Below, piece by piece: positions 23,471 through 35,300 of a stretch of DNA of 64,000 nt (its first letter is position 1; each line of letters starts with the position of its first letter). The translations under genes and the position numbers were made by a program. The DNA is from Tubiluchus corallicola (taxonomy: Eukaryota; Animalia; Priapulida). The notes beneath the pieces were generated by a model that had not been told where the DNA came from, searched no databases, and saw only the letters and a program-made list of their open reading frames with translations. Where the stretch lies: contig JAQGDQ010000023.1 of the NCBI GenBank assembly GCA_030141605.1, positions 744,001-808,000 of the forward strand. Direction: 5' to 3'.

Positions 23471-24505
23471 ATGAGTGTTCACAGTGGATCTAATGTATTA
23501 AGCTTACAATTCAATAGTGACCATTCTTGTTTTACGTGTGCTATGGAGACGGGGCTTCGTATCTACAATGTTGAACCTCTAGTGGAGAAGAAGCGATTAG
23601 ATGTTGCAACTGTTGGTAGCCTTGGAATTGTAGAAATGTTGCATAGGACAAACCTGATAGCAATAGTTGGTGGTGGTGCTATTCCAAAATATGCTGAAAA
23701 TACCGTATTGATTTGGGACGATTTGGAAAAGAAATTTGTTTTAGAGTTTACCTTCACTTTACCTGTCATATCCATCCGGCTTCGCAAGGAGAAAATGGTT
23801 GTGGTCATTCGCAATCAAATACATATTTTTAGTTTCCCGCAAGATCCCAAGAAACTGTTAACGATAGATACTAGAGACAATCCGAGAGGACTCTGTGAAA
23901 TTTGCCCTCTGCAAGACAAGCCAATCATGGTGTTTCCCGGTCATAAGTGTGGTAGCCTGCAGATTGTTGACCTCAACAAATTAGAGCCCGATGCATCGTC
24001 AGCTCCGGTAACCATCAAAGCACATCAGAGTGAAATTGCATGCATTGCTGTTAACCACCAAGGCACAAAGGTGGCCACTGCTTCTCGTAAAGGCACTCTT
24101 ATACGAGTATTTGACCTGGCTAAGAAGACACAGCTTGCAGAGTTGCGACGTGGTGCTGATCCAGCTACAGTGTACTGCATCAGTTTTAGCAATGACTCCT
24201 CATATCTATGTAGTTCCAGTGATAAAGGTACTGTTCATGTTTTTGCACTTGAAAATACACTGTTAAATAGAAGATCCACCTTCCAGAAGATGGGGTTTCT
24301 TGGTACATACGTGGAGTCTCAGTGGGGTCTGGCCAGTTTTACAGTGGCAGCAGAACGGGCATGCATCTGTGCTTTCGGCTCGGGTAGTAGTGTGTATGCA
24401 ATTTGTGTTAATGGAACGTTTCATAAATATGTATTTACACAAGATGGCAACTGTAATCGTGAGGCTTATGATGTGTATATTGACTTGGGTGATGACAATT
24501 TTTAG
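23471..24505 (+). CDS. WDR45: WD repeat phosphoinositide-interacting protein 4 (WIPI4, Atg18/PROPPIN family)
   Basis: 344-aa uninterrupted ORF. The N-terminus [24 protein letters not shown] and [15 protein letters not shown] are WDR45-type. It has [13 protein letters not shown], the phosphoinositide-binding LRRG, and C-terminal [18 protein letters not shown] strong acceptor (T-run + CTAG, 23429) lies just upstream, implying a 5'UTR intron. Confidence 0.96.
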   Translation: MSVHSGSNVLSLQFNSDHSCFTCAMETGLRIYNVEPLVEKKRLDVATVGSLGIVEMLHRTNLIAIVGGGAIPKYAENTVLIWDDLEKKFVLEFTFTLPVISIRLRKEKMVVVIRNQIHIFSFPQDPKKLLTIDTRDNPRGLCEICPLQDKPIMVFPGHKCGSLQIVDLNKLEPDASSAPVTIKAHQSEIACIAVNHQGTKVATASRKGTLIRVFDLAKKTQLAELRRGADPATVYCISFSNDSSYLCSSSDKGTVHVFALENTLLNRRSTFQKMGFLGTYVESQWGLASFTVAAERACICAFGSGSSVYAICVNGTFHKYVFTQDGNCNREAYDVYIDLGDDNF

Positions 24506-26302
24506 AATCTCTAGACATACACTGACAGTCCTATAACATAAGTTTTTTGTACAGTGATAGAAAATATTGTTAGGATCACCATGTATACTGTTGAATCATT
24601 TTCCCTTTGAGAATCCAGTCAAGTCTACCACATTAACAATGTACAACCTTGGATTAGACTGTACTGAAAATAAGTGTAAAACTAACAAAATGAAAAAAAT
24701 CGCATATAATATAATTATTAAAAGTTCAACGCCATCATCTTAAAAACAAATAGGTCAAAAACGCACAATACCACGTTTCTCTTCTTTTATTGGCCTCTAC
24801 AAAATGTTACACAGGAATTAAAGTAAATTTGTAATGGCTTCAATGATGTGCGTAGCAAACATTGTGAACAATCTACTTAAAATGAAGGCATGTTCTATTA
24901 TAGGTGTACATTATTATAACTTTGTGTATTTTTGTATGTTTATAACATAAACTTTCGTTACTGATAATTATTAATACGTTATTGTCCTAACATACAATAA
25001 TTTCTAGTGTATAATACTTCTAAATGTGACTATCTTGGTATATTTATGACTGTGCTTTCACTGCTTTGTCAGTGAGGCATATTGACAAAAGCTATTATCC
25101 TGTCTTATTGTGAATAATGCAAATACATTATTGAATACAATAACACATGGCAATGTATGGCAGTTATCTGTGAAAAGTGATAAAAATCTATTAATTATAG
25201 AATATTTTTAGCTAAGCAATTCCGTAATCGTTATAAAATTTCAAAACCATCAAAATAATATTTTCCAGTAGGCATTTCTTTTGTACAACATACCAGATTC
25301 TAAGCATTTTTAACATTGTAGTACAAACAAAACACAGTATACAGACCAAACGGAAATTTAATGTACATCCACAAATATAAAACACGACTCACTAAATGCC
25401 ATATCCTTATTTATACTGTGAACATTTGAATAATACGATGTAGTAAAAAAATCACTTTTTAAAGTAACAACTAAAAATGGTAATCTGTTCCAAAATAATG
25501 TGAACCTTAAACTGTAATTTCAATCATACAACTGAAAATGGGTTGTTGAAATACATGTACTAAAATATAAAAACAAATTGTCATTGAGAGAATAACAATT
25601 CCAGTAACTAAAAGGCCAGATGTACAGCTGGTGCAAAAACAATGTAGAGGGGTATAGTTAGTTCAATGAAGATGCGTAACATGTTTTTCTCACTAGCAGC
25701 TTATCATTTTCAATGTTTTATATGTTATTTTGATCAAAGCAAGATCAAAGTTTTATGATTCAGTTTAAAAAATAGTTCTTTGAACAATAACTTTTAAAAT
25801 CATTACTTCTGGATAATTTAATTTTTTCAAAAGCTAGTACGCATTATGGACTACTGCTTACTATTTATTACCATTGATCTAAATATGCAATATTAGCAAG
25901 TGTAAGCAGAAAAAACAACAAATTTACTTGTTTAACACTTGATTTAATAAAGAAGTTGATAATACTACAGAAAAACAAAATTTTCACACTAAGACTATCT
26001 TGCAAAACTTGCAATTCTTTAGAATTAATATTTTTTCAAAAAATGACATTAGAATGTCAAAACGTCGAGTTAATAAGCCAACGCAGTTTAAGCTCGAAAC
26101 TTAATTTACTAATAAAAGTGGATACACAGTTTGCTATATGATACACATTTAAATGCGGTTTCACTTAATGATATGCAATATATAATGAGTTACTGTATAA
26201 CATTGCTTGATAATTTCATAAATAACAAAAGTGAGCTAAGCATTCTTATAACAAAACGATGATTCTAGAATTGTTTACCGGATAGAAGATAACTGCGACG
26301 TG

Positions 26303-29300
26303 CTACCTTGCATTTGCCCACTTGATAAATGGTGGGACATCAGTGACAGGGACATTATGAGCATGAGCTTTAACACACAGATTTTTATCTTCCGTTAACA
26401 GCACAACTTCTCGTTGAATTACTATAGGAGAATCTGCAAAAAATGAAAAATTTGGGCAAAAAGGAACTCTATTCAAGCAACGTTTATCATTAGAAAACTA
26501 TTTTTACATAAAATAAAAGAAACTTCACTATAGTGATCAGCAGCAGTGGTGTATTTGTGAAGAAAGAAGATTCCAAATTTAAAAAATAAAGGAAACAGAA
26601 ATAATTTTAATTGTGGGATTTTTTATGCATTTTCATCACCTTGGCCATCTAATACGTTAATTTCGCTAGTATACCTTGGATGGATTTACGTATATACGGT
26701 TTCTATGACTACACTACTTTTCCAATCATTGCACTGTTTTTGGTGATCTACAGTATAACACCATTATAAATAGCAAACACAGTTTATTGCGTACACACTG
26801 GTAATTCAAACTCAGACAAAACGGAACAAACTTTGAATACAGCAAATCTGGTTATTGCGCACTGCGGGCTTTTCGCCGCACCCATTGCCTGCATTACTAT
26901 GTATTATAAGTTTTATTTGCCTGCTTTACCTTTGCCAGCTATTTGCAAATTAATTTTACAATTAAATTTAACCCATCACTCTTGGTGTTGCAAAAAAGTT
27001 ATTGGACATGCAGCATCCGGAGTTCTTAATATAGCGTGTCGAAAGCCATTTTGTCTACTAGCTGTATAAAAACAGTTTGGCACCTAGTTCATATACGTAC
27101 ACTGACAGCGCACTCCTGGGATGTTTAAAAGTAATGAACCCTACTGCGGATACTTTGCTGCAAAAATCAATTAAAAACAACGGATAAGCTAAAATTTTGT
27201 GCAGACGAAATTGACCGACTTCTTTGAATCTCAATAACTTAACATGTCACGCAAATTTACAACTGATCATATACCACACATTATATATACAAGCAATTTA
27301 AAATGAAATATTTATTAATGTTTTAGTTTTTTGAAAATGCGTAAAATACTCGTTCAATTTGATTATAATACAAAGTAGTTGATACTTGATCTTCTAGAAG
27401 TACTTTACAATCTCTGCAAAGTTACACATTGTACATTATTTATACACTTTTATTTAGTGACCATCTAGTAGTCAGATACATGTTGGCCACGTATACTTAC
27501 AGAGTACCTCGGTTATAGGGTACTTTTCTCTGGGTTCCTATAATGATGTTATACTGTATATATCAAATGAAAGGCAATGATCTAGTGTTGTCCCACTGAT
27601 TGTTCATTTTTTAAGTTGAGGCCCAACGAGGGAACGGGGAGCAAAAAACATCCAAAAATGGAAGTTTAGGCCAGTTCTTCACTCAAACTTATAATTCTTA
27701 GTTTAAGAAATAGGAACATGGGCAGTGCTTGTAATAGTTGGGTAGCCCGTTCAATGACGGGTGTAGTAGGCGTATAAATTGGAATTTGCAGGAGGGCCAC
27801 GACTGCTGGCAATGGGTATTTTTCCTGACTCAACCTGCTGATCTTTTCGAAATTTTGACTGAACACCAAGTACAGAAAATGTTCTAGAAGCGCCTGGTGA
27901 GGGTATTGGAACAAGATATACAGTTCTTCGGAAAGAGAATACAAGATGACACTTTTTACAATGCCTCCACTAGACACCCCTCAAGTTAAATGAAGGTTCC
28001 ATTTTAAAAGATTCGCATTTGGAAGCTACAATGATGTAATACATTGTACTGATTCATCACACTGTACTCTGCCTATAACTTAGTTTGAAAGGCAGTTGCA
28101 TTAAGTAAAATTAGTGAAAAACCTAACACCTTGTAAAAAGTGCAAAGGTAATAAATGAACACCATGTAGGATGTTTGCACATTATTGATTATAAGTGTAT
28201 TTATGAGCAAAACCTTTTGTGAGGTCTTGGTTAGTTAAAAACTAATCTGTGTTATTGCTGTCATAAGTTCTACAGTTGCATAAGTTTTTAATTTATCCAC
28301 ATAGTTACCTTCATCTTTAGGCATGAAATCCCTGGCATAGTCATGACAATAATGCAAGCAGCAAGACAAGATGATATCATCATTGTTTCCCTAGAAAATG
28401 CAATACATTCAACATTTGACTGGCTGTTAGTTTTTGTGTACTGTTGTTAGTTTTCAAAAATTTCATTCGTTTCATTCCTGTATAATACACAGGTCCTTTT
28501 CACAGTTCCGGCAATTGATGATGATCGTGAAAAGGCCAAAGGTTAAGAGAACCAGGCAACGCATTTGTGTACATTTGACAATGCTTCGCAGCCCATGCTA
28601 TTATAATAGTAACAGTTTTAACAGCTAGCTAGAACCCTACCTAGTTCATTTTTTCTTGCTCCCAAGCAAGATCTTGCTAGTAGCTCCTACTACGTGGTTG
28701 TAGTTAAGATGCGTTGCCTGGTTAGCAAAACTGTGAAAAGGCTTATTACAAATGCCCAAAATTTCATTCGAACAATGTTACCCTAATTACTTGTTCTAGA
28801 ACAACATTACTACAAACCTCAAAATCTTCATCACATTCACTACGATATGCAATTGTGGTCATCTCTGAACCTTTAGCCGTAAGCGCCCTCACATGTGAAT
28901 TTCTGTAACTAAAGCAGTCTTCCAACCATTCGATGGCTTTTCTTGCTTGATAAGCCACATTTTCATTATGTTCAGTCGGACTAGTGCGTCCATCACGATA
29001 GCGCTTGATTAGGCCATCAAGTTCATTTATAACTAGAAAAAACGAAAAATATTATTTTATTTTTGAGCTCCTAAACATAAAACATCGGGTTAAACATGAA
29101 TTTATGGACAACAAAATTTCCAATATGAAACACTGTTATAATAATAATAATAATTTCGTTTAGGACACAGTCCGGAGATAACACCTTCAGTAGATCAATA
29201 TTAATTTGCAAGGTGGTCCAGATTATTATTATCTGCATGTTACCCTGATAAAACCGCGTGCTTGATCGAGGAACCAGGGGCATCATTTTTAAGTCTTCGA

Positions 29301-32300
29301 TATGACTCGGCCGGGAGTTCAACCCGCCACCTCCCGTATGGGAAGCGAGCATACTACCATCGAGCTATGCATTTATTAATACCTTAGCTCCCAGCACCAC
29401 TACCCGCAGAAATAAAGAGTTACTGAATTTTGTTTCTTATTGGAAACATTTATCTTTCACTCACTTTTTATGCTCAATAATTATGTGAGATTTACAGTAT
29501 ATAGTATGTATCTCCAGCTGAACAAAGCAGCATTTTTGTTGTAAAATACTGCTTTATTTTTAAACCACAGTGTTTTGGCATAAATAACGGCTTCCTCAGG
29601 TGATAACAATGATAACTTCCAAAGACAGCTTTGAAGTCATGCGAGATTCTAGAAGTATCGAAAATTACATATTCAGTTCGGTCACAATTGCCTAACAAGC
29701 ATTCAAGATAGAGAAATTAAATGAAACTGACAGCACATGTATGATACTTAACCTCTGTTAATAATTTGTAGAGGTAAATATCCATACCAACTAAAGGTAC
29801 AACAAGAGTATAGCTTTCCCATAGGACAACTGTTTGCAATCCTGCCAAGTGGTTGACAAAGCTATTAGTATCTGGGATGAGGTAAAGTGGATAGACATTA
29901 ATCACTGAAGGTCGTGCTTTATGCTCTTTTTCCAGCACAGCCTAGAGAAAAATGTAATCACTAGCAAATATACCAATTAATAATGCAAATGAGTAATGGG
30001 AAATTATCTCAAATGTATGTCAATTACTGCTAGTTTGCACAGATAAAAGCACTAATGTTTTAAGATTAATCTTACTTATAAATTCTCACCTCATTATTGC
30101 TAAATTTTACAAATAAATAAATATTTGAGCTAAGTGTGATACAGCAGCAAACGAATGTACAAGTAATATAGGTATTTAAGCAGCATTTAAACTGCAAATA
30201 TTATACAAACCTTGTTCTTGCTATGACGACGTTCGTGTTTTTCTCTCTTTTTTTCCAAAGCCAGCTTTTTTTCCCTAAGTGCACGAACATGCTCGTCATC
30301 AATATCTCCGACCACTTCTTCAACTTCTTCCAGCTGCTCCTGAAAATTTACAATTTCAAAGAATCATTTTAATTGACCAAACAGGATCAAGTTCAAAAAC
30401 CCCCCAAAAAAAACACAAAAATTCTCAATAATATGTAAAATTAAATGCAGACCAGTTATGGTTTAGCAATTACTAGACTGTGAAATGAATGTAATAAGCT
30501 AAATATGCTTCAACAGAATATAACCTTGTTTTCTAAATTTCTAATGGATAGATAAGTGATCATAATGTGTGATTACTGACAAAAGTAAATAGATGAGTGA
30601 TCATTTGGAAAACTGTTTCTGTTAGTTTCATTTGTTGTATTAATTCTAGCTGTTTCCTTGTTCATGGAGTAGGTTTCACATCTGAGCATGCAGGAAACAT
30701 CTCCATACCTTCTCTCAGTAAAACAGACATTAATCCTTGGTAATGACTTTTTTGGTCCCACTACAACCATCTACATCAGGCAAGCATGTAACTGAGTGTT
30801 AGATAATGGCTGATAAATGGCCCAACAGTATAAAATAATATGTTGTGTTGCGTTTTGAATGTGTTTTGTGAACTTGATTGAGCTCCACAAGGATGTAATC
30901 ATATTAATGTATAATAATTAGCCCGACTTTTTTAGACAAAATTTGATTGATGGATTGATACGTCTCAGAACTAGGAAATTATTTTTTTGGACCAGGGTTG
31001 GCTTGACTTTGGCTTAAAATGGTTGTGCTTTCTCCCTCTGACCAAAACTTTGGCAAAAAAAAAAAAAAAATTGGAACTTTATTTTGGAGTTAGATGTTTT
31101 TTTTGTAATTTGGTTAAATTAAATCTACTGAAATCCTGTGGTAAAACAAAATTCACACCATCTCGTTTCATGCTCTCCTGGCTTTCTACTTGACTATTAA
31201 CATTTTCTTAAGAAACAAATAAAATAAAAAATTAAATTAGTCTTACAGTATCACTGTCACTACACTGGCGACTGTCAGAATTATGTTCTGATGAACCACC
31301 TTCCTCCACAGGGATGAGGAGTGGTTCATATTCATGAGTTTGTATATTGAATTGCATCACAGGATCATCAAGGCCGCACAGATAGTCACCAAACTTCAGA
31401 ATATTCTGCATGCGAGTGTAGTCTCTTGCCAGATCCTAAATCAAAATAACACTATCATCAATAACCGAAATTTAAATTTCTATAGTTAACTCCTTCACCA
31501 TTATAAATGTTTAAGCATTTTCAACATGCTTGTTCAAGAATGTTAATAGTACTCACATTAACTACAAAATCGAGAAAAAGTATACAATTTCTGAAAGTAT
31601 GAAAATAAGCTAGTGCTCTTCTGATCTGTGTCATGGTCATAATCGTGAAGAAGACAAAGTGTCCATTAAGCCTCATTTTTTTCACCAGGAGCATTTTTAT
31701 GATTAATTTCTGAAAGTACATTAAATTTCCTTTCTAATGGTAAAAAAATTTCATTCTCAATATTTTTTGTTTAGACCACAAAGTAGCAAGATAATTTAAA
31801 AATGTTAAGATTATGCAACGGTCATAATCAATTTTAAAAACTGTTAGCTATTAAATCATAGTTCTTAAACACTACTAAACACTGCTCAGCAAAAAGTTGA
31901 AAAGTATCTTTTCAGGCAAAATGCTAAAAAAATATTAATATTCGACAAACATTATTTACAAACAAACAAGACAATAACAGATGCTGAGCTCCGTGAATAC
32001 GTTAGTTGGTGTAAGAACTGTACAAAAATCTTTGCAATCAAAGAGAAAAACTGAAAAATTTGAAAAATGTTCCAGGAACAAAAACTAAAAAACTTATGGA
32101 CTTATATCTTGCCAACAACATGTATTCAAGTTTGCTAGTAGCTAGGAGACTGAAACATTGATTTTGTCTGCCATAAATGACAGGTAAAGGTATACACCCA
32201 GTGGAGCAGAGTAACAATTGCATTTACAACTGCTGCTGTCTTTAGCTGCAGAAACTACAATGACCTAAGTTTTGGTACAAAGCATGTGCAATGAGCTGTT

Positions 32301-35300
32301 TTGCAGGATCAACATTCAGGTATAACATGATAACAGAAACATTTACTTGTTTGCTGTACAATGAAATAAATGGTAATAAAGACAGTAACAGTAATTAACA
32401 ATACAATTATCCAGAAAATGTATAAAGTAACCTTTTATCCACGTGCATTTTTACCAAGCTCATGAGTCATGAAGCTTGTAGTGATCACATTATTGTTCTT
32501 GTTTTACTTGAGCAGCAGTTTGACTTTCACTACACGTGCAAAAAAATATGATATAACTTTATCAGACTTTTCAACTTAAAGAGATTTTAGCTTGAATATA
32601 AGATACAGCTCTTCTGAGATTTGCCATGGTCACAAAAAGATACAATAATAAAAAATTATAGATGAAACTATTATTTTATATGTAGTTTCATCTGTAATTT
32701 TTTATTATTGTATCTTTTCACGCAACTGGTGAGGTCCGAGAGGACGAAAGCTTCTGAAGAAAAAATAAATATTTTTTAAGATTTATGGGCATTTTAACTT
32801 CTTTTATGATCAAGAGATTTATTTCATTTTCTGTCAATCGATGTTCGCAGATCCTGAATTTTTTTTAACAATTCTTCGTATCAATCATTCAGTTATTTTG
32901 ATAAATAATTATATAGCCAAATTTCTCTAAAATTCATTATGTAAAATTCTATTATTTAAGGTATAACTCACTTTATTTACAGAGCTATCTACATATTTCG
33001 GCGCTATCCCAACTGACATGAGAGGTGTGAAGCCATATACAAGCGATTCTTCTGGCAATACGACAGGTTCATACTGAGGGAATGGCTTCTCCAACAGGTT
33101 AACTTGAGAGGTATTCAACTGAGCGACTAGAGTAAACAGATTAGCAGCAGCACCCATGAAATTCATGTGCTTTCTATAAAAAAATAATTCCAGTTGTAAA
33201 AATGTTTAGCAATCAAACACTAGAAATGCAGAAAGTAAAATTACACAAAAAATATTAGAATTTCATGAACAGGCAATTAATGCACCTGCCTGCCTGTTTC
33301 TTCTACATGTTGAGTAAACGAATTACAACTAGATGAAGTAGATACAATTTTATGAAACATTTTACAGACATGCTAATGAAGCTATATGCATTAGTTTCAA
33401 TCAAGTACATTGAGTAAAAGCATTTATGCTTATTTACAGAACAGCAGTTTAAAAACGTTCCTGGTAACTGTGAATAGTACAGACAGAAATATGGTGAAAG
33501 CAAGAAGATAAAAATTTTGGATTTCTTCACAAGACCAATTGTATAGCAGATGACAACATAACAGTGACTGGATCACCTGATACTGATGAAACAAAATTAG
33601 TATTATTCTCTGCTCAAAAGAAATTATGATCGTGTAGATCACACATTATGTTTGACAAAATGGCACCAAGACAACACGAACATTACGAATTTTTATAAGA
33701 CAGGATGCAATAGCATTTGAAAATCATAAAAAAACGGATTTTTTGACACACGTATGATCACATGGGTAACACATTTTCTCATCATGAAGAATTGCAATAG
33801 TAACTACACATACAACAACATAAATTTGAAAACAATATTATGAACTAAATCATCAAAATCCAGACAGAAAAGAATTAGATTTTGAAAGCTATCCACAAAA
33901 CAAACTCTCAAAAACCCTCTAAATAAGGGATGTGGTTATGATCATCCCATAAACTAACATCACAAAACAAGATCATAATCTATATAAGTTATTAATCAAT
34001 AAATTATGGAACTGCAGAAGAAAAATAAATACTTGGAAGTGAGATCATTGTTGATAACAGCAGGCAGTGTCCATAGTTTCACATTCAATGTCATCCACTG
34101 CATCCAAACATGTATAGCAGGAATAATCTGGTGAAGATCATCACTCAATAATTCCTGTAAACAAAAGTTTAATAGTAGCAAGTTTGTATTATACTCGTGC
34201 CTAACTGCTGAATTATTTTAAAGCCACTAGACGATTTAACTGCACTACTGAAGCGAATGCAACAGTAGCAAAAACAGACCAAAGACTGACCAACAAGCAG
34301 GGTTGCTACCGAAACTGGATTTACAAACCGAAACCGAAATTTATCAAATATAAGAAACCGATACCAAAACGAAACTGAACAGAAACATTTTTGCAAAAAT
34401 AACTAGTATCAAAATGGGAAAAAAGAAAATTCTAAAGTAACTAAAATATTTTGCTTTTTGTTTGTCTGCTTTTAATTGTTGTGAAGCAAAATTACTGATA
34501 GAAAACACAAGGATATCTTATAGTATAGAACCTCAAGTTTGTTGGAGTGGCTTACATTAGAAAATTAATGTGTTACAACGTTTTTGGATTTAAGTAACAT
34601 TAATGATTAACTTTTAAAGATCATAATGCTTCATTAAAATAAAGAAATTTTATTTTGTAGATATTTTGTTGCCTATATTTCGTAAATTATAAAAATAAAA
34701 ACGATTTTGCTCAATTAAATTCAAACATGGTTTGATATTTCGGTTGATTGGGCCTGGAAACCCTAAAACATCACAGTGGCCAGCACTAAAGATATGCAGC
34801 ATTGCTGTTACGCAAGGCAAAGAAAAGCAAACTGTTATGTAAACGAAATTTCACTTTATTCGAACTATTTTAGCAAAGATTTTTTTCAGCGGTTTTTCAG
34901 ATCTAGGAGAAGAGAAAAGGTACATTGGATAAATACAGTAAAATGTCTGAAAAATGCTACCGAAAATTATCTGAAAATTACCGCTACGATACTTAATAAA
35001 TTTTGCCAAAACCGAAACTTAACCGAAAGTGTAATTATCGGCAAACTGAATCGAAAATTTCATTTCGGTAACATCCCTGCCAACAAGCAAGTGTTTTAGC
35101 GCAACAGTGTACTAGTAACTAGATGATGCTATACTAATTATAAGTACTGTTGCAGGATAATAACACACCAACAAAAGAAACTTTTATATAAGTGGTGGTT
35201 AGTCATTACTGATTGAATTTATCTTAATGCAAAAAATTAGTGAAAAAGATCAAATCTGTCTTAAAAAAAACCCGAGAAACATGTCTAGTATGTATTTTGT

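Noticed and set aside
26535-26640. C/D snoRNA candidate in the last SMG6 intron (GTGATGA...CTGA on minus)
   Set aside because: No terminal stem, a low-complexity AT interior, and no recognisable guide sequence.
27666-27977. 103-aa ORF in a GC-richer intronic island
   Set aside because: No recognisable motif in the frames I translated. It may be an old TE fragment but cannot be supported.
29300-29370. Functional tRNA-Gly gene
   Set aside because: The acceptor stem does not pair, the B box is mutated, and it continues into a SINE body and tail.
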